Shown: positions 25,401-32,155 of the stretch, piece by piece
Position numbering within the stretch: position 1 is the first letter of the stretch
Layout: each line of letters starts with the position of its first letter
From: an uncultured archaeon
GTDB taxonomy: Archaea > Asgardarchaeota > Hermodarchaeia > Hermodarchaeales > Hermodarchaeaceae
DNA: 32,155 nt
Direction: 5' to 3'
NCBI GenBank assembly: GCA_964347205.1
Contig: CAYFXY010000005.1
Span: forward strand, 5,109-37,263
Translations under genes and position numbers: made by a program
Notes under the pieces: model-generated
The model's input: the letters and a program-made list of their open reading frames with translations, nothing else
What the model was told of the DNA's origin: nothing
The model's database searches: none

Positions 25401-26211
25401 AACCAGGACCACCATATGTAACATTATAGTATCGTTTAGCATTCGTCATATTAATTGCCGGTGAATGCCATCCACCATCCCAAAAACCTACTCCAGGCCG
25501 TGGCCAAAGATCAAAAACAGGCGTACCATTAACTGTCATGCCAATTTCACTGGGGTAAATATAGCGATCAAATTGAGTACCGAGAAAGAAATCGATCGAA
25601 GGACCTGAAATAAAATCTAAGTTAGGCCAAGTTAACGAATACCATGCATCACCTTCGTCTTCCCCATCACCATCGGGAGGAACCCCCACATCTTCCATAC
25701 ATACCCACGCCATGGCTGCTCCAGTCATCATCGTTATTGCAAAATAGAATGTGCCAGCGTAAGTCATCGAGGAATCTAATAATATCGGCATAATAGTTGG
25801 GAATGAAGTCCATCGTTCCTCACCTCTTGGAATGTCTATATATTCTTGCATCCATGGGGCGACTTGATTCCCAAGATCAGGTTCTGTCCCTAAACCAGAC
25901 GTTCCGCTTGGAGCAGCAGAATAGATAGTAAAATTGACGTCCCCTTGTGTTTGCGGATTTGGAGGGTCTGGTGAATAGAGATAAAGAGCAAACTCATTGA
26001 TCCGAACAGGAAAACGCCCTGTTAAATTAAAGGCCATGAAAACGATTTCACCAGGATAGGCCTTTTCATCCATCTGCCAGAAATAAATCCAACCTGGCGG
26101 CGCCATCGGATCATAATCTTCCACCATCAGAAAGTCTTTCTTAGTGAGGATGGTTCCAATGCGGGTGAAATTACTAACATCATGATACATCATTCCCTTT
26201 TCAATTGTCAC
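22456..26211 (-). CDS. giant single-pass surface glycoprotein with cytoplasmic roadblock/longin-like and winged-helix-like tail
   Basis: The 1251-aa ORF has about 970 aa rich in aromatic and beta-strand residues, carrying 23 N-x-S/T sequons by my count. One TM helix, LLMANLPIIALIAAIIVIVPLGSVLTY, lies at 23209-23289 and is followed by RRYVLIPKRQKRLAK (positive-inside). The remaining 250 aa form the tail. The GTG start lacks a signal peptide (see the finding for 26208-26430). Confidence 0.8.
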   Translation of the reverse strand: MTIEKGMMYHDVSNFTRIGTILTKKDFLMVEDYDPMAPPGWIYFWQMDEKAYPGEIVFMAFNLTGRFPVRINEFALYLYSPDPPNPQTQGDVNFTIYSAAPSGTSGLGTEPDLGNQVAPWMQEYIDIPRGEERWTSFPTIMPILLDSSMTYAGTFYFAITMMTGAAMAWVCMEDVGVPPDGDGEDEGDAWYSLTWPNLDFISGPSIDFFLGTQFDRYIYPSEIGMTVNGTPVFDLWPRPGVGFWDGGWHSPAINMTNAKRYYNVTYGGPGLTYDVTWMGWFYETLFATSRFTAWAYDDWVDWNVTTVIDFPTNAIDMVISISIEDDWTVHQVLHDGLIHLSWGYRYSPTSGWWVEIYGAGDGQWTLLCESPDYMQYSEVLNQAGQVITMANASDLIRTRGYVEDDSGENATTGFGYLIVYDSNDEYNALNYSVLPVPPGGMVEINWSIWATSTYAGVYTLHILWANGTEAGLNAQTLEVYMQTILIVTYEFPPPGEPVIRGDWVQIEVYYHNQFGFPINDAVLTVYNDTSGLEWGLSLTDLNVDYEWYNWASEGFPGYYTAFLFTVNASINILHNITLTVTSPFNEGQNVTKQFLVFTRSTHIVFFYEGQPLPGLNNITDVWFTDPDPFINDTTLQFTIRYTDDFGLPITGAQLAPYIIHENRGVAKRLDWVDLSIIDPTKPGLYNITIDTNPIGAFVFHEGDPAYIIIYAAKFGYESTWSDTINVSPRPRPSYISIPAEYQQLVLYEDWTYPTSEHPVILRVILRDALNGEDLSHGTITAEVPGLGNTTLILATPGLGLYEIPALDTSNLPAGTYNVTLYAEARDFVDSIATITLVIRSKNSIGYNLELSLPDAVPNQGLEWWMNIQFYLENASSQQISTTLKSLSSHQPGMTFLPVGTKVTLSITTTSGNPPPLVGYVGDDGWISFEGLLDLEGEYNFYLTIEGAENYAAMLNMPLEYNGGPLSVNVMSFGSLLMANLPIIALIAAIIVIVPLGSVLTYRRYVLIPKRQKRLAKYQAIADTFSDVANLNRLLVLHKESGICVFDPFAEESQDATLVAGFLQAISTFGHDLADSPGLANGNKAEVTTLRELQYEGFRILIHDGKFVRNALVLSGTPSEQLRERLEAFTQAFERRYKSDFENWEGRVDQFNGASDLVEEVFLISLRHPHRVAARKPRGAHLSSLESDIFKLSKELTKDREYIFLGQILSTYLAAAKTDKLEALMAIYQLRMKKAFIPIQLAPMGLPEPSAA

Positions 26212-26420
26212 CTGATAATCGGAATCCCTATCCCGATTGGTAAATGTTTGTGAGATATTCCATCGAGTTTGGGTGAGCCGAAGTGAACCAGATGCAGATT
26301 GATGATCCGGAACTCCGGGAGATTGGAGACTAGGAGCAGATAACGAGGAAGGAATGTTGGAACAAATGGTAGTATTAACATAGAAAGTAGAAAGAACGAG
26401 ATGATTTGGATTCGCCTCAT
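26208..26420 (-). CDS. signal-peptide-bearing short ORF, probably the displaced 5' end of the giant gene
   Basis: MRRIQIISFFLLSMLILPFVPTF is a classic n-region plus h-region. Its TGA overlaps the GTG of the giant ORF (GTGA). The giant frame itself stays open upstream to 26430 with Ser/Thr/Pro-rich sequence. Confidence 0.45.
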   Translation of the reverse strand: MRRIQIISFFLLSMLILPFVPTFLPRYLLLVSNLPEFRIINLHLVHFGSPKLDGISHKHLPIGIGIPIIR

Positions 26421-26659
26421 AATTACCACCTTAATCTAATGATTTTGCCAATGCAGCCGCAATGGTGGGGTCCACCAACTCTCAAGAGGGCTAGTTCCCT
26501 CCTCAAAGTACATCTAGAGCCGTGAAATACGCGTTCTTAAGTATTTGTCTAGATGGTTCATAGATGAAAAATAGTTGCATTCCGAACAAGACTCAAGAGA
26601 GTAGCCTATAAGTGAGAAAGACGAGTAGAGTGGTGTATCCAGATAGAGGAGAAGATCAC

Positions 26660-27112
26660 ATGCGAGATTTCGTAAATTTCGTGGCAACCCGAAGAAGTAT
26701 TCGAAAATATCGCGATACGCCAATTTCTCGCAAGCAAATCCTCGGCTTTATCAAAGCCGCAACTTGGGCACCTTCAGCACACAATGCCCAACCATGGCGA
26801 TTCTATATTTTGTCATCAACCTCTACGAAAAAGCGCTTGGCGAAAGCAATGGCTGCAGCGTATCGATTTGATTTAGAATCCGATGGTGAAAAACCAAAGA
26901 ATATTACATCATTGGTGAATGCATCAGTGACACGCTTTTCAAATGCGCCAGTGTTAATTTTGGCTTGCTTATCGATGCAATCAATGGATTCGTATCTTGA
27001 CGAGAAACGCCAACAGGCAGAATATGTAATGGCAGCACAGAGCGTTGCAGATGAAGTGCCGGATGACCCTAAAAGAATTTCACCCGAAGGGATCACGACA
27101 TTCGTTGACTAG
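26660..27112 (+). CDS. nitroreductase-family protein (FbiB C-terminal-like), apparently lacking the C-terminal core
   Basis: RRSIRKY and SAHNAQPWRF are nitroreductase hallmarks. The central RFSNAPVLILAC and EYVMAAQSVA blocks resemble F420-associated nitroreductases. The expected QN..LAA..GLG..W segment is absent. The ATG at 26660 is preferred over the GTG at 26612. Confidence 0.55.
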   Translation: MRDFVNFVATRRSIRKYRDTPISRKQILGFIKAATWAPSAHNAQPWRFYILSSTSTKKRLAKAMAAAYRFDLESDGEKPKNITSLVNASVTRFSNAPVLILACLSMQSMDSYLDEKRQQAEYVMAAQSVADEVPDDPKRISPEGITTFVD

Positions 27113-27166
27113 TGTAGGTTTATTGTTTGCTATAGTTTTTTGTTGAAGAATGGGAGAAGAAAGAGT

Positions 27167-28099
27167 ATGTCTGTTGTTGCCTTAGCTGGTGGAATTGGAG
27201 CAGCTCGATTCCTGGAAGGGTTGATTCGAGTAATCCCCCCCGAAGACCTCACCGTCATTGTAAATACAGGTGATGATATGGCCAATTTCATGGGTTTATA
27301 CATCTCACCGGATCTGGATATTATCACCTATACCCTTGCAGGAATCGTGGATCCCCAAAAAGGATGGGGAATCAAAAATGACACCTTTCATTGCCTTACG
27401 ATGCTTCAGCAGCTGGGTTTTGAAACATGGTTTAGATTAGGAGATCAGGATCTGGGTACTCATATTGCTCGAACAGCCATGTTGCAGCAGGGCTGGTCCT
27501 TATCAAAAGCAACCCGGGTTATTAGTGAATCATTAGGTGTGCAATGCCGAATTCTTCCTATGTCTGATAATTGGATACCCACCCAAATAGTGACAGACGT
27601 GGGACTCATGCACTTTGAAGAATATCTGGTGAAACGGGGAGCTCAAGATACTGTAGAGGATGTTATTTTTGATGGAATTGAATTAGCAAAGCCTAGTCCT
27701 GGAGTACTAGATGCGATCAAGGCAGCTGAAGCACTTATCATCTGCCCCAGTAATCCGATTGTCAGCATCGGTCCAATATTAGCGGTACCAGGAATTAAGG
27801 ATGAGATTATTGGTGCATCTGCTCCCTGTATAGGCGTTTCACCGATTATTGGAGACAAACCCGTAAAGGGACCCGCTGATAAATTGATGATAGGAACAGG
27901 GGTTGAGGTCTCTGCTGTGGGAGTAGCGGAAGTTTATCGCAAGATTATAGATGTGCTTGTGATTGACCAGCAAGATAAGAAGTTAAAACCCCAAATAGAA
28001 GAAAAGGGAATAAAAGTTGTGATTGAACAGACCCTCATGACTTCCATGCAACGAAAAAAGACACTTGCCCGCACTGTCCTAAGAGCTGCGAAACAATAA
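27167..28099 (+). CDS. cofD: 2-phospho-L-lactate transferase (F420 biosynthesis)
   Basis: The blocks VVALAGGIGAARF, VIVNTGDD, SPDLDI.TY.LAG, GWG, LGDQDLGTHI.RT and CPSNP.VSIGPIL are CofD signatures. I prefer the ATG at 27167 to the TTG at 27140. Confidence 0.85.
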   Translation: MSVVALAGGIGAARFLEGLIRVIPPEDLTVIVNTGDDMANFMGLYISPDLDIITYTLAGIVDPQKGWGIKNDTFHCLTMLQQLGFETWFRLGDQDLGTHIARTAMLQQGWSLSKATRVISESLGVQCRILPMSDNWIPTQIVTDVGLMHFEEYLVKRGAQDTVEDVIFDGIELAKPSPGVLDAIKAAEALIICPSNPIVSIGPILAVPGIKDEIIGASAPCIGVSPIIGDKPVKGPADKLMIGTGVEVSAVGVAEVYRKIIDVLVIDQQDKKLKPQIEEKGIKVVIEQTLMTSMQRKKTLARTVLRAAKQ

Positions 28100-28170
28100 T
28101 TCCCAGAATGGGTGAAGAGAAAGGATTAACTTTTATACGGGGCGCACGGCTGATTCAGGCGGGAGCCACA

Positions 28171-29625
28171 ATGATTCAGATCTATAATACGCTCTCACGG
28201 AAAAAAGAAGTATTCAAACCACTTCATGAGGGCGAAGTCCGGATGTATGTGTGTGGACCAACGGTTTATGATTCAAGCCATTTAGGTCATGCCCGGTCTA
28301 TTGTGGCTTTCGATGTTATCCGTCGATACCTTGAATACAAGGGCTTTGATGTCCGCTTTATCCAGAACTTTACAGATATCGATGATAAGATGATTCAACG
28401 GGCCCAAGAACTTGGCAAATCGACCACAGAGTTGGCAACCAAATACATTCAGGAATATTTTGCAGATTTTGATAAATTGGGCGTTAAACGCGCAACGGCA
28501 TTTCCAAAGGCTACAGAGCATATTCCAGATATGATTAAGCACATCCAGGCCTTGATTGAGAAGGGCTATGCCTACGTTGTTAATGGAAGCGTGTATTTCC
28601 GAGTTTTGAAATTTAAGCGATACGGAAAATTATCACGGCAAGAAAAAGGTGAAAGGGATACCCAGGATCCAGAAGCGGGTATCCTTGAGGAGAAAGAGCA
28701 GCCAGAAGATTTTGTCTTATGGAAGGTTATGAAACCGGGGGAACCGACATGGGATTCACCGTGGGGAAAAGGTCGACCGGGCTGGCATATTGAATGCTCT
28801 GTGATGTCTACGAAATACTTGGGTGAACCAATTGATATTCATGGAGGAGGATTAGACCTTGTATTTCCACATCATGAAAACGAAATTGCTCAATCAGAGG
28901 CCTTGACAGGAAACCCCTTTGTTAAATATTGGATGCACAACGGTTTCCTCACCGTCAATAGAGAGAAGATGTCGAAATCCTTAGGGAATTTTTTCACAAT
29001 ACAAGAGATAACTGCAAAATATGATCCAGAAGTTGTTCGCTTATTCTTAATATCATCACAGTATCGGAGCCCCATTGATTTCAGTGATGCTCACCTCGAA
29101 GAAGCGAAAAACCGACTAGCCCGTATTCATAACGCAATTGATATTCTTCAACGGCAACTTCAAGAAAGTCTCATTGCAGAAGCAGAAGACCCAAGAGTTC
29201 CCTCTTCAGCTGATACTGAGCTTTGGGAGAATTTAACGAAATTCCGTATGGAGTTTGAAGCGGCAATGGATGATGATTTTAATACCCCCGTAGCCTTAGC
29301 GGGTTTGAGCAAGTTTTTATCTCAATTGAATTCGGTGTTTGGTCGAAATCAATCGGTGACTGCTGGTACATTGCAAAAAATCTTCGAGACGTTGGATGTA
29401 ATTGGTGAAGTTTTTGGCTTATATCGTTCACGCATGAAGGTAAGTGGAACAGAGGGACTGGACGAATCTAGAGTCGAGGGACTGGTTCAACTGCTGATTG
29501 GGCTTCGTGCGCAAGCGCGGAAAAAGAAAGACTTCAAAACAGCTGATCAGATTCGAGGTCAATTAAAGGCCTTGGGGATTGTTATCGAAGATGAAAAAAC
29601 AGGAACTACATGGAAGTGGGCTTGA
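28171..29625 (+). CDS. cysS: cysteine--tRNA ligase
   Basis: The class I motifs are HLGHAR (HIGH) and KMSKS. The blocks MYVCGPTVYD, WHIECS and HGGG.DL.FPHHENE are CysRS-specific. The MIQIYNTL start at 28171 matches the usual N-terminus. The ORF track starts at the ATG at 28108. Confidence 0.9.
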   Translation: MIQIYNTLSRKKEVFKPLHEGEVRMYVCGPTVYDSSHLGHARSIVAFDVIRRYLEYKGFDVRFIQNFTDIDDKMIQRAQELGKSTTELATKYIQEYFADFDKLGVKRATAFPKATEHIPDMIKHIQALIEKGYAYVVNGSVYFRVLKFKRYGKLSRQEKGERDTQDPEAGILEEKEQPEDFVLWKVMKPGEPTWDSPWGKGRPGWHIECSVMSTKYLGEPIDIHGGGLDLVFPHHENEIAQSEALTGNPFVKYWMHNGFLTVNREKMSKSLGNFFTIQEITAKYDPEVVRLFLISSQYRSPIDFSDAHLEEAKNRLARIHNAIDILQRQLQESLIAEAEDPRVPSSADTELWENLTKFRMEFEAAMDDDFNTPVALAGLSKFLSQLNSVFGRNQSVTAGTLQKIFETLDVIGEVFGLYRSRMKVSGTEGLDESRVEGLVQLLIGLRAQARKKKDFKTADQIRGQLKALGIVIEDEKTGTTWKWA

Positions 29626-30908
29626 TGATGAAGGCGCTAATACTTGCTGCGGGGTATGGAACTCGATTGCATCCACTCACACAATATCGGCCGAAAGCTA
29701 TGCTACCGCTCCTTGGAAAACCCATGCTGCATCATGTAATCGAAATAGTCCGTGAAGCGGGTATGAAAGAGATTGTGCTCGTCGTGGGACATTTTCGCGA
29801 CCAAATTGAGGAGTACTTTGGGGATGGGGACTCGCTTGGAGTTAACATCAGTTATGCTGTACAGGCGGAACCAAAGGGTGAGTTTGATGCAGTTCTTGCT
29901 GCGGAAAAAGAACTCGCTGGCGATGATAGGTTCCTTATGACTGATTGTGATATTATAAGCACAACGGTCCGGTTTCAAGAAACGCTCAACGCCGCAAAAA
30001 CTGATGGCATGGCACTCTCATTAGTAGAAGTTCCAAATCCTTGGCAATTTGGAGTTGTGGCTTTAGATGGGACAAAAATCACAACGATTATCGAGAAACC
30101 GCAAAAGGGTACGGAACCGAGTAATCTAGCTGTAGCTGGCGTCTATGTCTTTTCAAATGCGATTTTTGATGCCATACGAAAGACGCAGGATTTGGAAGTT
30201 GGAATTCAGCAGCTCATCGATGAAGGACACACTGTTTATGGAAGCCATTCGAAAGAGGACTGGGTTGATGTAGGACGCACTTGGAACGTATTAGAGGCGT
30301 CTCCCATTTTATTTGAGCGCCTCCGCCAACAAAAAAAAGGTGAATGGATTGATTCCTCTGCATCGGTCAGTGAAGCAGCACATATTAGTGGGGATGTATG
30401 GATTGGTCCCCATGCGCGAATCTTTCCTGGCGCAGCAGTAGTAGGACCGGTGTATGTAGGAGCAAATGCTATTGTGGGAAACAACTGCCTTATCCGTGAT
30501 TACACCGTTCTGGATAAGGATGTGCGTGTTGGATTTTCCTGTGAGGTGCGGAATACAGTAATTATGCCAGGAAGCAGTATAGGACACTTAGCCTTTGTGG
30601 GAGATAGTATTCTCGGATTTAGTGTTGAGCTTGGAGCCAGCGTAGTTTTATCTAATTATCGCTTTGATGGAGCTGAAGTACACGTAATGCTTCGCTACGA
30701 ATTAGTATCCACACATACTGACAAATTTGGTTCAGTGATTGGAGATTTCGCGAAAGTTGGTTGTGGTGTGGTCACATTACCAGGACGAACAATTGGTTAT
30801 AACTCATGGATTGATCCCGCTATTGTTGTCCAAAAAGATGTGCCCGATAATACTCATTTGCATCTTACACAATCATATACAAAAGAAAAGCGACGCCCAA
30901 CTATCTAA
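29625..30908 (+). CDS. bifunctional sugar-1-phosphate nucleotidylyltransferase with left-handed beta-helix acyltransferase domain (GlmU/ST0452-like)
   Basis: The N-terminal LILAAGYGTRLHPLT motif marks an NTP-transferase fold. The C-terminal third has hexapeptide-repeat character. The ATG overlaps the cysS TGA (TGATG). Confidence 0.75.
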   Translation: MMKALILAAGYGTRLHPLTQYRPKAMLPLLGKPMLHHVIEIVREAGMKEIVLVVGHFRDQIEEYFGDGDSLGVNISYAVQAEPKGEFDAVLAAEKELAGDDRFLMTDCDIISTTVRFQETLNAAKTDGMALSLVEVPNPWQFGVVALDGTKITTIIEKPQKGTEPSNLAVAGVYVFSNAIFDAIRKTQDLEVGIQQLIDEGHTVYGSHSKEDWVDVGRTWNVLEASPILFERLRQQKKGEWIDSSASVSEAAHISGDVWIGPHARIFPGAAVVGPVYVGANAIVGNNCLIRDYTVLDKDVRVGFSCEVRNTVIMPGSSIGHLAFVGDSILGFSVELGASVVLSNYRFDGAEVHVMLRYELVSTHTDKFGSVIGDFAKVGCGVVTLPGRTIGYNSWIDPAIVVQKDVPDNTHLHLTQSYTKEKRRPTI

Positions 30909-32155
30909 TTACCCGACGAAGACTCATCTTTGCATCTTTAAGTAAGGTTTTTGCACGCTTTGGTGCGAGAGCTTCAACAGTAATACGTATTACTGGTTCA
31001 GTTCCTGAAGGACGGATGAGTACCCAACTTGAATCTGAAAAACTGACACGGACACCATCAAGCTGATTCACATCCTCTACATCTAACCACGTTTCAATTG
31101 TTTCAGCTATCTGAGCTATTGCTGGGTTCTTCTGATCATTTGGGCAACTCACGGATGCACGTAATAGATAGGTAGTAGGGAGGTCATCTACCAAACTGCT
31201 TAGGGGCCGTTTCGCCCAATCGAGAAGTTCGAGAATTTTACATGCAGCTAAAGGACCGTCTGGGCAGTAGTGGACTTCGGGAAAAATGAAGGGTCCTGAG
31301 GGTTCTGCCCCAAGCACCGCGTTATGTTTTTTGACTAAGTTAGACACGAATACATCACCTACCCGACAACGCTCGACCCGCGCTCCGTGTTGTTTTGTGA
31401 TGAGATCCACAACGCTTGAACTGGAAACTGTAGTTGCAATGACTTTTCCCCCTCGGGTAGAAAGGTAATAGTCAGCAACTAAGGCAAGAAGGATGTCACC
31501 TGCTAGAACACGACCTTTATCATCTACAGCAAGAATTCGGTCAGCATCACCATCATGAGCGAGTCCAATCTCAGCTCTTGTTGCTTGAACGATTTTACTG
31601 AGGTCATCTAGACACACAAAATGCTGCCATTCTGCAGCAGCGGCACTTTGAATTTTTGAGGGTCCACAGTGCTGAGCATATTCTTTGCCGTTTGGTGGAG
31701 TATTGAGGGTCTCTACATTTGCATTGAGCTTTTGTAAAGCAATTGGAGTTACTAGTCCCCCCACACCGAGAGCTGCATCCAAGACAACATGATGCGAAGA
31801 AGTTACCTCACAAGCTTGAAATAATGCCTTGATATGGAGCGAGATGGGTTCGCAATAACTGAACTTGGCAAAAGATTCCCAAGACACTGATTTAGCAATC
31901 TGCAGATATTGTTCGATTTCGTATTGTTGTGTGATGGAAAATCCGGCACCATCTGGGTTATGGAATTTGAATCCATTATATTCCGGAGGATTATGACTCG
32001 CCGTTACGATTAATGAAGCACTCATCCCCTCTTTTCCTGCTGCATAAGCAATTGTTGGAGTGGGAGCCATTCCCGCTTTATATACTCGAATCCCACCTTG
32101 AAGTAATCCAGCGATTAAAGCGGAGGTAAGCATTGGTCCGGTGGTTCGATGATCA
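30901..32155 (-). CDS. phosphoglucosamine/phosphomannomutase family (alpha-D-phosphohexomutase), 5' end beyond the window
   Basis: The active-site loop is TASHNPPEYNGFK and the metal loop is HDGDADR. The frame stays open through the window edge (..DHRTTGP before the annotated Met), so the true start lies outside. It converges on the nucleotidyltransferase gene with an 8-nt overlap. Confidence 0.8.
   Translation of the reverse strand, partial: DHRTTGPMLTSALIAGLLQGGIRVYKAGMAPTPTIAYAAGKEGMSASLIVTASHNPPEYNGFKFHNPDGAGFSITQQYEIEQYLQIAKSVSWESFAKFSYCEPISLHIKALFQACEVTSSHHVVLDAALGVGGLVTPIALQKLNANVETLNTPPNGKEYAQHCGPSKIQSAAAAEWQHFVCLDDLSKIVQATRAEIGLAHDGDADRILAVDDKGRVLAGDILLALVADYYLSTRGGKVIATTVSSSSVVDLITKQHGARVERCRVGDVFVSNLVKKHNAVLGAEPSGPFIFPEVHYCPDGPLAACKILELLDWAKRPLSSLVDDLPTTYLLRASVSCPNDQKNPAIAQIAETIETWLDVEDVNQLDGVRVSFSDSSWVLIRPSGTEPVIRITVEALAPKRAKTLLKDAKMSLRRVIR

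Noticed and set aside
26514-26723. 69-aa minus-strand ORF in the region between the giant gene and the nitroreductase gene
   Set aside because: It overlaps the 5' end of the nitroreductase gene in antisense. Its composition is odd and it has no ribosome-binding site. It is likely non-coding promoter DNA.
1-32155. Search for CRISPR repeats, transposase or integrase genes, toxin-antitoxin pairs and known defence-system signatures
   Set aside because: I saw no regularly spaced direct repeats. No ORF carries DDE, tyrosine or serine recombinase, Cas, restriction-modification or similar motifs. The only mobile element is the intein homing endonuclease.

Overview
The window is an archaeal chromosomal segment of about 30 genes on both strands. 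The archaeal call rests on an Nre DNA-repair protein with a C-terminal PCNA-binding (PIP) box, an archaeal-type phosphoglycerate mutase (ApgM), F420 biosynthesis CofD, an AbrB-PhoU fusion, an intein, and GGTGA/GGAGG ribosome-binding sites. I cannot assign a lineage more finely from sequence alone. I found no CRISPR array, transposase, integrase or recognisable defence genes.

The recognisable content is:
- two tandem CPA1 Na+/H+ antiporters
- Nre
- a PNPOx-like flavoprotein
- a UbiA prenyltransferase
- a HemN/HemW-like radical SAM enzyme and a ferritin-like protein
- a SplB-like radical SAM protein carrying an intein
- a five-PAS histidine kinase
- a MetE-like protein, AbrB-PhoU and a nucleoside phosphorylase
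- ApgM and tRNA-Cys
- a 1251-aa surface protein
- a nitroreductase, CofD, CysRS, a GlmU-like nucleotidyltransferase and a partial phosphohexomutase

Four things stand out.
1. The giant surface protein has a sequon-rich ectodomain, one TM helix and a 250-aa cytoplasmic tail. The tail looks like a roadblock/longin-type module plus a winged-helix-like end. A soluble paralogue of that module lies at 11430-12184, fused to a beta-sandwich domain. I treat this pair as the best candidate for an undescribed signalling module.
2. A 419-aa LAGLIDADG intein sits exactly inside the CxxxCxxC Fe-S motif of a radical SAM protein.
3. The response regulator downstream of the kinase is intact in frame but carries one TGA, one TAA and one TAG, and has no start codon.
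4. Gene disruption is unusually dense, with six genes affected, and two of the breaks fall exactly at A4 runs. This indicates either real gene decay or homopolymer errors in the assembly.

All functional calls come from motif recognition by eye. No searches were run.
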